In this document: positions 48,218 through 61,171 of the stretch, piece after piece | How positions within the stretch are numbered: position 1 is the stretch's first letter | Layout of the letters: every line of letters starts with the position of its first letter | Origin: Klebsiella pneumoniae | GTDB lineage: Bacteria > Pseudomonadota > Gammaproteobacteria > Pseudomonadales > CAMAPQ01 | Assembly (NCBI GenBank): GCA_945860125.1 | Contig: CAMAPQ010000001.1 | Span: 14,187 to 78,186 of the forward strand | Reading direction: 5' to 3' | Length of the DNA: 64,000 bases | Program-made: the position numbers and the translations under genes | The notes under the pieces: generated by a model | Told to the model about the DNA's origin: nothing | What the model saw: the letters and a program-made list of their open reading frames with translations, nothing else | Database searches by the model: none

Positions 48218-49363
48218 ATGCTAAAAAAGAAAAAGATTGTAATCATTGGTAGCGGCTTAGCCGGCTACCATACAGCAAAAGAATGGCGAAAGCTTGACCC
48301 TTATAGTGAGCTTGTCATTATTACCGAGGATAACGGCAGCTTTTATTCCAAGCCCATGCTATCTAATGCCTTTGCAAAGCAAAAAACAGCAGATCAACTT
48401 ATCATTCAAAAAGCTTCGGATATTGCCCTACAACTAAAGGCTACCCTATTCACGCACTGTCACGTTACACATATCAAAACTGAAGAGCAGCTCATCGTAA
48501 CGCATGACGGGGCAATTATTTCTTATGATGAACTTGTTCTCGCGATCGGCGCACACCAAAAAAAGCTGCCATTTAAAAGCTTAACAAGCGCATTATCTTC
48601 AATTAATAATTTAGAAGATTATAGAAAATTAAGACAGAAAATAGAAAATAAAAAAAGCATTGGTATTATTGGTGCTGGACTAATTGGCTGTGAGTTAGCA
48701 AATGATTTTTCTTCTCATTTTAGAGTCACGCTATTTGATCAAAGTGATAGGCCTTTATCACAGCTGCTGCCGCCGGACATTTCCACTGCTTTACAGGCTG
48801 CGCTTGAAACAACAAGCGTACAATTTGCACTTTCTAGCTATATTCACGACATTGAATTTGAAAATGAAATATATACAGTTATTTTAAAAGATAATAGAAG
48901 GCTTTCTTTTGATTGCTTGCTCTGTGCAACTGGGCTTATACCTAATATTGAACTTGCAAATACAATAGGTTTAAAGACCAACAAGGGCATTTTCGTCAAT
49001 GAAACACTAGAAACATCGCAAAAAAATATTTATGCCTTAGGCGATTGCATTGAGTGGCATGGTTTATTACTGCCTTATATTTTACCCTTAATGGCTCAAG
49101 CAAAAGCACTAGCAAAAACGTTATCAGGAAATCCTACTCCCTTCTCACTTTCACCCGCGCCCATTGTAATTAAAACACCCTGCCTTCCTATTATTGTCTT
49201 CCCCCCTCATAACAAAGCAGGACAGTGGAAAATCAAGAAGCAAGAGGGAAATAATATTTCAGCTGTTTTTGAGAATGACGAACAAAAAATTCATGGCTTC
49301 GCATGCAGCGGGACTTTTATCAATGATAAAAATATCTACATGCCCTTGATTATGACTAACTGA
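48218..49363 (+). CDS. Rubredoxin-NAD(+) reductase (FAD-dependent pyridine nucleotide-disulfide oxidoreductase)
   Basis: FAD and NAD dinucleotide folds IVIIGSGLAGY and IGIIGAGLIGCELA, plus YALGDC. The start is 6 nt after the rubredoxin stop. Confidence 0.85.
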   Translation: MLKKKKIVIIGSGLAGYHTAKEWRKLDPYSELVIITEDNGSFYSKPMLSNAFAKQKTADQLIIQKASDIALQLKATLFTHCHVTHIKTEEQLIVTHDGAIISYDELVLAIGAHQKKLPFKSLTSALSSINNLEDYRKLRQKIENKKSIGIIGAGLIGCELANDFSSHFRVTLFDQSDRPLSQLLPPDISTALQAALETTSVQFALSSYIHDIEFENEIYTVILKDNRRLSFDCLLCATGLIPNIELANTIGLKTNKGIFVNETLETSQKNIYALGDCIEWHGLLLPYILPLMAQAKALAKTLSGNPTPFSLSPAPIVIKTPCLPIIVFPPHNKAGQWKIKKQEGNNISAVFENDEQKIHGFACSGTFINDKNIYMPLIMTN

Positions 49364-49531
49364 AACAAAGTAGTCTCCGTAGTTAATACTTTATATCTCA
49401 ACTGCAATCTTTTGCAATTCTTCTGCCTAATTCAGTAACAAAATCAAAGCAATAGCTATCAAACAATTCTCTATAATGGCGAAGAATAGAGGCGTAACAA
49501 GCTTCTTTATTATCAATACGAGGATAGAAGA

Positions 49532-49942
49532 ATGCTTTTTTTTCATTTGCGCTGGTGGATTTTATCTAAGGGTTTAGAAAAACTTTCGCTTCACCCTATC
49601 TATAAAAAACTCATTGATGATAGACATGAAGTTATCCAGTTTAAAACACTGGACGGTAAATTCTCTCGCTACTTTAAAATCTCTCAAGGCCAAATACAGT
49701 CAGAAGTGGGCGATCATCGCTATGCAACACTTATTGTGCAAATTAATGACTCTAAATACATAAACAGACTAATGCATCAGGGAAAAAACCTACAACCTCT
49801 CATAAAAGGACTACAGTTTGGGGAAATTAGCACCAGAGGCGACATTTCTCTTCTTTTTTGGTTCTTTGAACTTATTTACACTAAACCTATTCAGTCATGG
49901 CTAAAACCATTTAACTGGGCCAGAACACTCCACTTTTCTTAA
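49532..49942 (+). CDS. Hypothetical protein, possibly SCP2-like lipid-binding fold
   Basis: 136 aa. The pattern ATLIVQINDSKYINRLMH....LIKGLQFGEISTRGDISLLFWFFELI resembles SCP2/UbiT-type C-terminal halves. Weak evidence. Confidence 0.35.
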   Translation: MLFFHLRWWILSKGLEKLSLHPIYKKLIDDRHEVIQFKTLDGKFSRYFKISQGQIQSEVGDHRYATLIVQINDSKYINRLMHQGKNLQPLIKGLQFGEISTRGDISLLFWFFELIYTKPIQSWLKPFNWARTLHFS

Positions 49943-49950
49943 AGTAGCGC

Positions 49951-51390
49951 TTAACCGCCAAAATTCGTTGCCATGGAGCGAATTTCTCTTTCTTTGTTAA
50001 AAATTTCTTCAGCGGCACTCAGCACAGCCTCAGGCTTAAGCTGTAACCTATCTAAAATATTTTTATACTGTAATAACTCATCTAAGGGCCTATGCGCTGA
50101 CTTTAAATCAAGCACCTTATTCACAATAAATAATAAATTAGGGTAGATAAAATGAACCCCCTTATACTCAGGTAAATGCTGCCATCTCAAAGCAAGGCTA
50201 ATTTCCTCAGGCATATTCCAAACATCCATTAACCACGAACTAACCTGTTCACGCGTAACACCAATCAAAAATTTCTCAATGACAGAATGATGAATATGGC
50301 GATTGATTTCAAGATTTCGACTAATAACAACAAAGTGGGGAGGGAAAACAAAAGAAAGCAATAAATAGCCAAAGTTATGCAAAAGCCCGCAAAGATAAGC
50401 CAAGCCCATGCTAGGGCGCGATTTAGCAGGCATCTGCTTAACAAGCGCCTCTACCAACGCTGCTGAAAAAACAGATCTCTCCCAATAAGGCATTGTGTTT
50501 CTTGGGCCATTAGTGGGCAACTTCAGACTTCGCCCTAATGATAATCCTAGAGCCAGATTAACGACAAGATCGAAACCTAAAACTCTCAAAATCGCATCTT
50601 GTACAGATTTTATTTTGCCTACGACACCATAATAAGGTGAAGCAGCCCAGCTAACGACTTGTGCTGCTAGACTAGGGTCTCTCTCAACAATCTTGACAAG
50701 CTCTGAAATGGTTGCGTTTGGATCAACACGCAATTTAATAATTTGCCCAGCTGAATCAGGCATTGGAGGAATTTCAAGCGTATCCTCTAAGCGTTGCTTC
50801 ACTCTTAATACGGTAAAGCTTGTTACTGCATGAGCAATGGCGCCTTTATCATCTAACACCTCTACTTTGGAGGTGTATTTTTTTACAGGATGAGCAAACT
50901 CAGCAACTTGAGAGGTTTTAATTAGTTTGCCAAAGTCAGCCTGAGAAATACAAAGCTCAACTCGGGGCTCTAGCTCTAAGACGAGCTCAGAAAAATCAAG
51001 CACTTTAGCATCTAACAAACACGGGATATCTAAAAAACTTGGCAAAGAAACAACTTTATTTCCGCCCAGCTTTTGTATTAGCGATGACTCAATTTTTGAT
51101 TGCGCAAGCTGTAAATTACGGCCCAAACAATCAGAAATACTCTGCAAATCAATAAAACAGTTTTTTGGAAAAATAACCTGTAAAACACCTTCACTATCCT
51201 GCAATAAAACGCTTTCAATTTTTTGGCTTTCTTTGCTTTCATCAATTGCAATAGGTCTGACCGTTACCACAGAGGCGGTCATAGCGCCCTGAAGTAAAAA
51301 TGCCTCAATACTATCAATCATTTTGTCAATGCCAAACTTTGTCAGCAACGCTTTATCTTCTACTAATACTGCTTCCCAGTTTTTTTTCAT
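49951..51390 (-). CDS. HDOD-domain signalling protein with an N-terminal YbaK/EbsC-like region
   Basis: HDOD block LPPMPDSAGQIIKLRVDPNATISELVKIVERDPSLAAQVVSWAASPYYG...IKSVQDAILRVLGFD and LLHNFGYLLL. The N-terminal ~170 aa pattern (ESVLLQDSEGVLQVIFPKNCFIDLQSISDCLGRNLQLA...) resembles aminoacyl-tRNA-editing YbaK folds. Confidence 0.7.
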   Translation of the reverse strand: MKKNWEAVLVEDKALLTKFGIDKMIDSIEAFLLQGAMTASVVTVRPIAIDESKESQKIESVLLQDSEGVLQVIFPKNCFIDLQSISDCLGRNLQLAQSKIESSLIQKLGGNKVVSLPSFLDIPCLLDAKVLDFSELVLELEPRVELCISQADFGKLIKTSQVAEFAHPVKKYTSKVEVLDDKGAIAHAVTSFTVLRVKQRLEDTLEIPPMPDSAGQIIKLRVDPNATISELVKIVERDPSLAAQVVSWAASPYYGVVGKIKSVQDAILRVLGFDLVVNLALGLSLGRSLKLPTNGPRNTMPYWERSVFSAALVEALVKQMPAKSRPSMGLAYLCGLLHNFGYLLLSFVFPPHFVVISRNLEINRHIHHSVIEKFLIGVTREQVSSWLMDVWNMPEEISLALRWQHLPEYKGVHFIYPNLLFIVNKVLDLKSAHRPLDELLQYKNILDRLQLKPEAVLSAAEEIFNKEREIRSMATNFGG

Positions 51391-51435
51391 TTTTAACCAA
51401 GCCTATTATTCAGTTTCCCTTTCTTTTTGATACAC

Positions 51436-51500
51436 AAAAAGTATAGATCCCAAATAGAGAAACAATTATCCATTTGTAAAAATATGAATCTATACTTTTT
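51436..51500. repeat. 13-bp perfect inverted repeat in the divergent promoter region
   Basis: AAAAAGTATAGAT (51436..51448) and ATCTATACTTTTT (51488..51500), separated by 39 nt. Confidence 0.85.
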
Positions 51501-51536
51501 TTCATGCAGGCTTTCATTTTTTCGTGAGATTTAATT

Positions 51537-52106
51537 ATGAAAATATTCTATAAGTTACTGATAATAATTATTATTTTTGCCATGTCAGGATTGTTTTTTA
51601 TAAAAGACCCAAATGGAAAACCCATTTTATCTTGGCATGATTTTGTCCCTGACGTATCTAAAAAGTTAGAGAAAGCCAAAAATCTAGCAGAAAAAATCCC
51701 TATGCCAGTGGATAAGAATGAAAAACAGCAAACTTCTGAAATTCCCACAGCTAAAAAAAATGACTACTACAAGTGGAAGGACAAAAACGGTTCTTGGCAA
51801 TTTACCAAGGAGCTCCCCAGACAAGGCGTACAATACAACGTTGTATCGGCGGACCCTAAAACAAATATTATTAAATCTTTATCAAAAAAAGAGATTAATA
51901 AAATTCTAGATAAAGACAGCGAGGAAAATGAATCAAACAATAAACTACTTGGATTCAGCGATGACGCAGCTAAAGAGACAGAAGAAAAGTCTAGCCTACC
52001 CTTTCCATCTACGATACCCGTAACAAAAATTCCACAACTCATTGATGCGGCGAAACAAGTTCAAGAACTATCAAATCAAAGAGCAAAAGCAATGGAGTCA
52101 TTATAA
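51537..52106 (+). CDS. Exported DUF4124-like protein
   Basis: N-terminal anchor/signal KLLIIIIIFAMSGLFF. The motif YYKWKDKNGSWQFTKELP fits the DUF4124 signature (Y.W.D..G...F.D.P) as I recall it. The rest is low-complexity and Lys/Glu-rich. Confidence 0.5.
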   Translation: MKIFYKLLIIIIIFAMSGLFFIKDPNGKPILSWHDFVPDVSKKLEKAKNLAEKIPMPVDKNEKQQTSEIPTAKKNDYYKWKDKNGSWQFTKELPRQGVQYNVVSADPKTNIIKSLSKKEINKILDKDSEENESNNKLLGFSDDAAKETEEKSSLPFPSTIPVTKIPQLIDAAKQVQELSNQRAKAMESL

Positions 52107-52111
52107 AAAAA

Positions 52112-52462
52112 CTACAGCGTCGTGATACGTCTAGCCGCAATGATAAATCGTGCAGCTGCATGCATAGGGCTTTTACCATAAAAGCTCATCTTATCATTTG
52201 AAGCCAACCATTCATCACAAAGAAACTGAAGATTAAACCTATACAGATCCATTAAATCTGGTAGTAGCGCCTTATTTGCGAGAAAATTAAACTGACCATC
52301 TTCTTGGCCTTTATGAAACGCTTCTATAGATGAATTTTGATCTAGTAAGTGAGCTGCATACTTATAAATTAAGTAGTTAAGTTGTTCGTCAGGAACATGT
52401 GTCGTCATTAAGCACCCCAACAATAATTCATTTTCATTACTCGATTCCGTCCTCTCTTTCAA
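52112..52462 (-). CDS. Hypothetical protein (116 aa; the start may be the internal MTTHVPDEQ)
   Basis: ORF only; no recognisable motif. Confidence 0.35.
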   Translation of the reverse strand: MKERTESSNENELLLGCLMTTHVPDEQLNYLIYKYAAHLLDQNSSIEAFHKGQEDGQFNFLANKALLPDLMDLYRFNLQFLCDEWLASNDKMSFYGKSPMHAAARFIIAARRITTL

Positions 52463-52642
52463 ATTTAAACAAACCAGTATAATATCAGTGCACCACTAAA
52501 CAGACGAAGGCATTACGCAGAAACTTAATCTAAGAATTCGCTAAAAAGCTAAAAACGATTGGCGTCATTAGTTGTAAAAAACGACCACCTCTATTAAAAG
52601 TTCTGAATAAGCCAGTTATTATCGAAAAATGAGATTCAATTT

Positions 52643-52861
52643 ATGGGTGAAGTAATCGGAATAAGAAAACCAAATACTAAGATCATAACGCAACTAGAAA
52701 GCCTAACAAGAGAAGCCAGAAATGGGTCTTTAACTTCTATTGTTGCTATTGTGATAAGACAAGGAGAGCCTGACTTTGTTATAGAAACATCAGAGCTCAA
52801 CAGCCTCGAAATAATAGGCGCAATTGAAGTATTAAAAAAAGAACTGATCGACGCAGAGTAA
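52643..52861 (+). CDS. Hypothetical small protein (72 aa)
   Basis: ORF only; no recognisable motif. Confidence 0.3.
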   Translation: MGEVIGIRKPNTKIITQLESLTREARNGSLTSIVAIVIRQGEPDFVIETSELNSLEIIGAIEVLKKELIDAE

Positions 52862-52896
52862 GCTGTACAAAATTAAGCCCAAGATATAAAAAAATC

Positions 52897-54735
52897 TTAT
52901 TCAACTGTAACTGATTTTGCTAAATTACGGGGCTGATCAACATCAGTCCCTTTAATTAAAGCCACATAATAAGAAAGCAGCTGCAATGGCACAGTGAACA
53001 AAATAGGGGATAGTTCACTACAAATAGAAGAAATCGTGATTACAGTTAACCCTTCCGACGGCTCAAAACAGGCATTCTTATCAGTAAAAACATATAATGC
53101 TCCGCCTCTCGCCTTTACTTCTTGCAAGTTAGATTTTAGCTTTTCAAGCAAGTGGGTACTTGGGGCAATGGCAATAACCGGCATATCTGAATCAACCAAA
53201 GCTAAAGGACCGTGCTTAAGCTCACCCGCCGCATAGGCCTCCGCATGAATATAAGATATTTCTTTCAACTTCAAAGCACCTTCCATCGCAACAGGATATT
53301 GTGTTCCCCTACCTAAAAAGAGAGCGTGATGTTTCGCACCAAAATCTTTTGCAAGAGACTCAACTTCAGCAGCAATACCCAAAACTGAATCAACAAGGCT
53401 TGGAAGTTGGCGTAAAGAGGCAATAAGCTCTCCTTCTTTAGATTCTAATAAAACACCTCTGGTTTTCCCAACAGCCATTACCAATAAAAAAAGAGCAACT
53501 AGTTGAGTAGTGAATGCTTTAGTTGAGGCAACGCCAATCTCCGGCCCTGCATTTGTCATAACTGATAAATCAGCTTCTCTCACCAAGGAAGAGCCGGGCA
53601 CGTTACATACAGCAATAGACCCAGCAAACCCAAGTGTTTTTGCACTTTTTAGCGCAGCTAACGTATCCGCTGTTTCTCCAGACTGGGAAATAACAATTAA
53701 AAGAGTTCCATCAGAAATAACAGATTTTCTGTATCGAAACTCGCTAGCTATCTCAACATGACAAGGAACGCCGGCAATATCTTCAAACCAATAGCGAGCA
53801 ACAGAGCCTGCATGATAGCTTGTACCACAAGCTATAATCTGAACTGATTTAGTTCGGGAAAAAATATCAACAGCTAGAGGGCCAAAAGACTCAAGGATTA
53901 ACTTAGTATCAGTCACACGACCATCTAAAGCTCTACGAATAGCTGAAGGCTGCTCATAAATTTCCTTTAGCATGTAGTGCCTAAATTCACCTTTATCTGC
54001 TGCATCATGCGTTAAATCTGTCTCATGAATAGCTCTAGAGACATTATCTCCAGCTGAATTTATAATCTTTACTTTGCCAGAAGAAATATCCGCAATATCG
54101 CCTTCCTCCATATAAATAAATCTGTTTGTCACAAATAGTAAAGCTAAAAGATCAGAAGCAATAAAGTTCTCACCAATACCCAAGCCAATTACTAATGGAC
54201 TACCCTTTCGACCTGCAATTAATCTATTTGGAAAACGACTAGAGAGAACACCTATCGCGTAAGCACCTTCTAACTTATCCATTGATTGGCGCACAGCCAA
54301 TACGAGGTCATCAGACTTACTAAAAAAGAACTGAATTAGGTGAGCAATAACTTCTGTATCGGTATCAGAATGAAACTCAAACCCCTCAGACACTAGACCT
54401 CTTTTCAACTGTTCAAAGTTTTCAATTATCCCATTATGAACTACAGAAATATCATCTCCAGACATATGAGGATGTGCATTTCTTTCGCTAGGGGCACCAT
54501 GCGTTGCCCAACGAGTATGCGCAATCCCTATACGGGCAGAAAGCGAAAGATCAGCCAAGGCATCTTCGAGAGACTTAACTTTACCTACTCTTCTAACACG
54601 AGCCAACTGCTTCTCTGGATCTAGGTATACGCTAACGCCTGCAGAATCATACCCTCGATACTCCAACCTCTTTAGTCCTTCAACTAATATAGGAATAATA
54701 TTTCTCTGAGCAACGGCACCGACAATACCACACAT
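52897..54735 (-). CDS. glmS: Glutamine--fructose-6-phosphate aminotransferase
   Basis: MCGIVGA N-terminal nucleophile, two SIS domains, C-terminal LAKSVTVE. Confidence 0.97.
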   Translation of the reverse strand: MCGIVGAVAQRNIIPILVEGLKRLEYRGYDSAGVSVYLDPEKQLARVRRVGKVKSLEDALADLSLSARIGIAHTRWATHGAPSERNAHPHMSGDDISVVHNGIIENFEQLKRGLVSEGFEFHSDTDTEVIAHLIQFFFSKSDDLVLAVRQSMDKLEGAYAIGVLSSRFPNRLIAGRKGSPLVIGLGIGENFIASDLLALLFVTNRFIYMEEGDIADISSGKVKIINSAGDNVSRAIHETDLTHDAADKGEFRHYMLKEIYEQPSAIRRALDGRVTDTKLILESFGPLAVDIFSRTKSVQIIACGTSYHAGSVARYWFEDIAGVPCHVEIASEFRYRKSVISDGTLLIVISQSGETADTLAALKSAKTLGFAGSIAVCNVPGSSLVREADLSVMTNAGPEIGVASTKAFTTQLVALFLLVMAVGKTRGVLLESKEGELIASLRQLPSLVDSVLGIAAEVESLAKDFGAKHHALFLGRGTQYPVAMEGALKLKEISYIHAEAYAAGELKHGPLALVDSDMPVIAIAPSTHLLEKLKSNLQEVKARGGALYVFTDKNACFEPSEGLTVITISSICSELSPILFTVPLQLLSYYVALIKGTDVDQPRNLAKSVTVE

Positions 54736-54745
54736 ATAATATTTC

Positions 54746-56149
54746 CTAAGGTAGCTTTTGTGTCTTAGAAGCTTTTTCAGGTCTTTTCCAACCCTCTATC
54801 GTAACTTGTTTTGCTCTAGCAACAGTAAGCGTGCTAGCAAGCGCATCTTTGCAAATAACAGAGCCTGCCCCTATCGTTGCAGACTCATAAATAATAACAG
54901 GCGCCACAAGAGAAGAATTAGATCCAATAAAAGCATCGTCTTTAATAATAGTAGCGTGTTTATTTACACCATCGTAATTACAAGTAATAGTTCCCGCACC
55001 AATATTTACTCTCTTTCCTATGCGCGCATCGCCAACATACGACAAATGACTTACTTTGCTATCAGTATCCACAAAAGAGTTTTTTATCTCAACAAAATTA
55101 CCAATATGAACACCGTCTCCCAAAACAGTACCAGGCCTTATTCTTGCGAATGGGCCAACAAAAGAAGAGGAGCCAATTTGGGCGTTATCTATAATGGAGT
55201 TATCTTTAATTTGAGAACCATCCCCAATAGATGAGTTCCTAATAACGCAATTAGAACCAATCTTAATATTTGATCCTAAAGTTATATTTCCTTCAAAAAT
55301 GACATTTTGATCTATATCAATATCACTGCCAAGAGAAACTAAATCGCCTCTAAGCAAAAAAGTGCCTGGGTTAGCAAAAGTTACGCCTCTAACCTGCATA
55401 TCTTTTCTGATATTTTGCTGATAAAAAAACTCTAGATCAGATAGCTGTACACGATCATTTACTCCGCTTACTTCTTGAAAGTCCTCAACTGTATGGGAGA
55501 ATATATTTATATTACTTTCAGCTGCATGCTTAACAAGGTCAGTAAGATAATACTCTTTTTGAGCATTATCATTAGAAAGCCTTGGCAAGGCCTCACGAAG
55601 AAGGTAAGGAGGGATAAGCATTATCCCTGTATTTACTTCTGATATGGCAAGATCGTCATTATCAGCATCTTTCTGTTCAACAATGGCAACGATTTTACCT
55701 TCTCGCCTAACTATACGACCGTAACCAGTAGGGTCAGCTAACTTTACAGTTAAAACTCCTAAAGATTTACCATCTGACTGTTGAATAAACCGCCGAAGAG
55801 ATGCATCCGAAATAAGTGGAACATCACCATAAAGAACGAGTACCTGCTCATTTAAAGAAATCGAAGGCAAGGCTTGGAGTACGGCATGCCCGGTACCCAA
55901 CTGATCAAGCTGGCAAGGTAAAAATATTTCGCGGCCTGCATAAGCGCTTTTAACAGAGTCTGCAACTTGCTGAGACTCAAAACCAACAACAACAGAAATT
56001 CTCTCAGCCTTCATCTCCAAAACAGTATCAAGAACATGATGCAATAGGGGCTTACCCGCCAGAGAATGCAAAACCTTAGGCTTTGCTGACCGCATACGGG
56101 TACCGCGCCCTGCAGCAAGAATAACTGAATGGATTAATCTCAAGTACAC
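54746..56149 (-). CDS. glmU: Bifunctional UDP-N-acetylglucosamine pyrophosphorylase / GlcN-1-P acetyltransferase
   Basis: [21 protein letters not shown], and C-terminal left-handed beta-helix hexapeptide repeats. Confidence 0.95.
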   Translation of the reverse strand: MYLRLIHSVILAAGRGTRMRSAKPKVLHSLAGKPLLHHVLDTVLEMKAERISVVVGFESQQVADSVKSAYAGREIFLPCQLDQLGTGHAVLQALPSISLNEQVLVLYGDVPLISDASLRRFIQQSDGKSLGVLTVKLADPTGYGRIVRREGKIVAIVEQKDADNDDLAISEVNTGIMLIPPYLLREALPRLSNDNAQKEYYLTDLVKHAAESNINIFSHTVEDFQEVSGVNDRVQLSDLEFFYQQNIRKDMQVRGVTFANPGTFLLRGDLVSLGSDIDIDQNVIFEGNITLGSNIKIGSNCVIRNSSIGDGSQIKDNSIIDNAQIGSSSFVGPFARIRPGTVLGDGVHIGNFVEIKNSFVDTDSKVSHLSYVGDARIGKRVNIGAGTITCNYDGVNKHATIIKDDAFIGSNSSLVAPVIIYESATIGAGSVICKDALASTLTVARAKQVTIEGWKRPEKASKTQKLP

Positions 56150-56201
56150 CGCCTAAAAAATTTTGATAGCAAAATGAATCTATACCAAAACCTAAAAACA
56201 C

Positions 56202-56630
56202 TTAAGCCTGGCGCCCCATTTTTTTCCGAATCTGTTCTAAAGTTCGTAATTGGGCAGCGATTTCGGCGAAATGAGCAGAAGCTCGACCATAATCAATATC
56301 GGACTTCTGACCACTCAAAATAGCTTCAGCAGCCCTTTTTGCCTCAACTAGCTTTGCCTCATCAAGATCTTTAGCTCTTAGAGCGCTATCAGCAAGAATG
56401 CTAACTATTGTTGGCTGAACTTCAAGAATACCGCCTGAAAGGTAAAAAATCTCTTCTTGACCATCTTGTTTAGTAAGTCGGACGGGGCCAGGAACAACAG
56501 CTGTTAACAAAGGAGCATGGCCAGGAGAAATCCCTAGCTCGCCTAGCGCTCCAGCAACTACAATAAACTGCAGAATGCCAGAAAATAGACATCCTTCTGC
56601 GCTAACAATATCGCACTTAAAAAAGCTCAT
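56202..56630 (-). CDS. atpC: F1 ATP synthase epsilon subunit
   Basis: Position after atp[14 protein letters not shown] and GG.LEVQP. Confidence 0.92.
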   Translation of the reverse strand: MSFFKCDIVSAEGCLFSGILQFIVVAGALGELGISPGHAPLLTAVVPGPVRLTKQDGQEEIFYLSGGILEVQPTIVSILADSALRAKDLDEAKLVEAKRAAEAILSGQKSDIDYGRASAHFAEIAAQLRTLEQIRKKMGRQA

Positions 56631-56679
56631 AAAACCACGCCTGAAGAGTTCGTATCTTTAATTTTAAAATAAAGAATGA

Positions 56680-58089
<1,410 letters not shown>

Positions 58090-58120
58090 TTATAAAGAAA
58101 AGCCATCACTCTTAATTCAA

Positions 58121-59020
58121 TTACACAGCAGCCGCACCGCCAACTATTTCTGAAATCTCTTGGGTTATCGCAGCCTGCCTAGCTTTGTTATACACTAACT
58201 GCAACTCTTTAATTAGGCCGCCAGCATTGTCAGTTGCTGACTTCATCGCAACCATTCGAGCAGCTTGCTCACAGGCGCCATTCTCAACAACAGACTGATA
58301 TACGATAGACTCAACATAGCGAGACAATAAGAGATCCAGCAAAGACTTAGCGTCTGGCTCGTAAAGATAATCCCAGGAATATGAGACTTCTTTTTTACCG
58401 TTAAGTAAAACCGCACCCTCCAAGGAAGAGCCATCAATATCATCAGTCAAAGGAAGCAAAAGCCTAGAAACAGGCTTCTGAAGCATTGTATTCACAAACT
58501 CATTGAAAAATATATGCAAAGCATCTATTTTTCCTTGGGCATACATATCAAACATTACACCAACCGAACCTATTAACTTCTCAAATGTTGGCTTATCGCC
58601 CAACTCAGAAACAGAAGCCACGACTTTTCCACCAACAGACTTGAAAAAAGAACCCGCCTTACTTCCTATTGAGCAAATATCAATTGAAACACCGTCTCGA
58701 TCGCACAACTTGGCAAAATCAATAACTCGCTTAAAAAGGTTAGTATTTAAACCTCCGCATAGACCTCTATCAGTAGATACGACTATCAGACCAACTCTGC
58801 GAATTTCACGCTTCTGCAAATATAAATGCCTATAGTCTGGATTGGCACCAGAAAGATGACCAACAACCTGCCGAAGCTTTTGAGCGTAAGGCCTTGACGC
58901 AGCCATCCTCTCATGAGACTTTTTCATTTTACTAGCAGCGACCAGCTCCATAGCTCGGGTAATTTTTTGAGTGCTTCTTATGCTCGCGATCTTAACTCGA
59001 ATCTCTTTAAGGCTACCCAT
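58121..59020 (-). CDS. atpG: F1 ATP synthase gamma subunit
   Basis: KEIR.KIAS...TQKIT.AME.VAASKM.K and C-terminal ITQEI.EIVGGA.A. Confidence 0.95.
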   Translation of the reverse strand: MGSLKEIRVKIASIRSTQKITRAMELVAASKMKKSHERMAASRPYAQKLRQVVGHLSGANPDYRHLYLQKREIRRVGLIVVSTDRGLCGGLNTNLFKRVIDFAKLCDRDGVSIDICSIGSKAGSFFKSVGGKVVASVSELGDKPTFEKLIGSVGVMFDMYAQGKIDALHIFFNEFVNTMLQKPVSRLLLPLTDDIDGSSLEGAVLLNGKKEVSYSWDYLYEPDAKSLLDLLLSRYVESIVYQSVVENGACEQAARMVAMKSATDNAGGLIKELQLVYNKARQAAITQEISEIVGGAAAV

Positions 59021-59052
59021 TACTTGTTTTCACCCTGTGAGTAAAAAATAAA

Positions 59053-60603
59053 CTACCACGTCTGACTAGACTTAAACGCCTGAACAATATCAATTAAGCT
59101 TTTTTCTATTTGAGCATTCCAGTCAGGGTTACCATTCAAGCCATCAATAAACGCCTTATGCTCAGCCTTTGCAAAAGCTAACAAATTGCCCTCAAAAGAA
59201 CCTACTTTATTAATTGGAACATCAGATAGGTAGCCTTCATTGATAGCGAACAAAGACAAAGCCATCTCAGCAACAGAAAGAGGAGAGTACTGACCCTGCT
59301 TCATAAGCTCAGTTGCTCGCTGACCATGATCAAGCTGCTTTTTAGTTGCTTCATCTAAATCAGAGGCAAACTGAGAAAATGCGGCTAGTTCTCTATACTG
59401 CGCTAGCGCCAACCTAATACCGCCAGCTAACTTTTTAATAATCTTGGTTTGAGCCGCGCCGCCAACACGAGAAACAGATAAGCCCGCATTAATTGCTGGA
59501 CGAATACCAGAGTTAAATAAGCTAGTTTCAAGATAAATCTGACCATCTGTAATAGATATTACATTTGTTGGGACAAAAGCAGAGACATCGCCAGCTTGAG
59601 TTTCAATAATAGGGAGCGCAGTAAGAGAACCGGTTTTACCCTTCACTTTTCCACCAGTCTGCTGCTCAACATAGTCAGAGTTAACTCTTGCGGCGCGCTC
59701 AAGCAACCTAGAGTGCAAATAGAAAACATCTCCAGGATATGCTTCTCGACCAGGAGGCCTCTTTAGCAACAAAGATATCTGCCTATAAGCCCAAGCTTGT
59801 TTGGTTAAATCATCATAAATAATAAGCGCATCTTCACCTTTATCCCTAAAATATTCCCCCATAGAGCAACCAGCAAAAGGCGCGATATATTGCATAGAAG
59901 CAGAGTCTGATGCTGCCGCAACAACAACAATGGTATGAGCCATTGCGCCGTGCTCCTCAAGTTTTCTAACAACGTTTGCAACCGACGACTGCTTCTGACC
60001 AATTGCAACATAAACACATTTAACGCCAGAGTTTTTCTGGTTAATTATTGTGTCTATTGCAATAGCCGTCTTACCAACCTGCCTATCGCCAATAATAAGC
60101 TCTCTTTGACCACGACCAATAGGAATCATCGCATCAACCGACTTTAAGCCGGTCTGTAGCGGCTGGCTAACTGACTGCCTAGCTATAACGCCAGGAGCAA
60201 CTTTCTCAATGGGCGCATTATAGTCAGCAGCAATATCACCTTTACCATCTATTGGATTACCTAGCGCATCCACAACTCTACCAAGCAAAGCATCGCCAAC
60301 TGGGACCTGGAGTATTTTACCAGTACACGCAGCTTTCTGCCCTTCAGCTAAACTTAAGTACCCGCCCAAAATAACAGCACCAACGCTATCTCTTTCTAGA
60401 TTTAAGGCAATACCATAAGCACCACCCTCAAAAGAAATCATCTCTCCATACATCACATCATTCAGGCCATGTATTCGAACAATACCATCCGATACACTAA
60501 CAACGGCGCCTTCACTTCTCACTTCAGGAGAGAGATCAAGCTGATCTATCCTTTTTCTAATAACATCGCTTATTTCTGACGGACTAAGCTGTAACATCTG
60601 CAA
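59053..60603 (-). CDS. atpA: F1 ATP synthase alpha subunit
   Basis: GDRQVGKTA Walker A, 516 aa. Confidence 0.97.
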   Translation of the reverse strand: MQMLQLSPSEISDVIRKRIDQLDLSPEVRSEGAVVSVSDGIVRIHGLNDVMYGEMISFEGGAYGIALNLERDSVGAVILGGYLSLAEGQKAACTGKILQVPVGDALLGRVVDALGNPIDGKGDIAADYNAPIEKVAPGVIARQSVSQPLQTGLKSVDAMIPIGRGQRELIIGDRQVGKTAIAIDTIINQKNSGVKCVYVAIGQKQSSVANVVRKLEEHGAMAHTIVVVAAASDSASMQYIAPFAGCSMGEYFRDKGEDALIIYDDLTKQAWAYRQISLLLKRPPGREAYPGDVFYLHSRLLERAARVNSDYVEQQTGGKVKGKTGSLTALPIIETQAGDVSAFVPTNVISITDGQIYLETSLFNSGIRPAINAGLSVSRVGGAAQTKIIKKLAGGIRLALAQYRELAAFSQFASDLDEATKKQLDHGQRATELMKQGQYSPLSVAEMALSLFAINEGYLSDVPINKVGSFEGNLLAFAKAEHKAFIDGLNGNPDWNAQIEKSLIDIVQAFKSSQTW

Positions 60604-60617
60604 CTCCTCAAGCCAAA

Positions 60618-61151
60618 CTAATTTAGTATTTCTGCAAGCTTTCTTAACCTTCCCCTTAACGAGGCATCAATCACTATGTCGCCACTCCTTACAGTAAAAC
60701 CACCAATAAGACCAGCATCGACATTAACAATCGCATCCACTCGAGCACCAAATCGTTTCTCAAGCTTTAAAACCAATGCAGACAAAGAAGACTCAGCCAT
60801 TAATTCGGCAGAAAAAATCTCAACCCTCATGACACCCTCTTTACGAAGTCTGTGAGCCACAAAAATATCAAAAATCTCTCCAATCAAAATAAGTCGCGAC
60901 CTACTGGCGAGTAACTTAACGAAGTTCTTAAATGAAGAATCAAAAAAATCAGAGGCCAACTCAAGCACCAAAGCAATCTTTTTGGAGGAGCCTTCAATTG
61001 GATTGTCTATCCGCTTCCTAACCTTATCAGAGAGAATAATCTGTCTTAATATAGACAACATTAACTCCCAGTCTTTTAGTTTATTTTCTTCAACAGCAAA
61101 TTCAAAAGCTGCTCTCGCATAAGGCCTGGCATAACTGGCAAGACTACTCAT
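60618..61151 (-). CDS. atpH: F1 ATP synthase delta subunit
   Basis: [12 protein letters not shown]. The ATG at 61151 gives 177 aa. Confidence 0.9.
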   Translation of the reverse strand: MSSLASYARPYARAAFEFAVEENKLKDWELMLSILRQIILSDKVRKRIDNPIEGSSKKIALVLELASDFFDSSFKNFVKLLASRSRLILIGEIFDIFVAHRLRKEGVMRVEIFSAELMAESSLSALVLKLEKRFGARVDAIVNVDAGLIGGFTVRSGDIVIDASLRGRLRKLAEILN

Positions 61152-61171
61152 AGAATGCACACCCACATAAA

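Noticed and set aside
54758-55234. 158-aa plus-strand ORF antisense to glmU
   Set aside because: It is produced by the periodic hexapeptide-repeat coding sequence of the GlmU acetyltransferase domain. The Arg/Asn/Ser-rich translation is junk.
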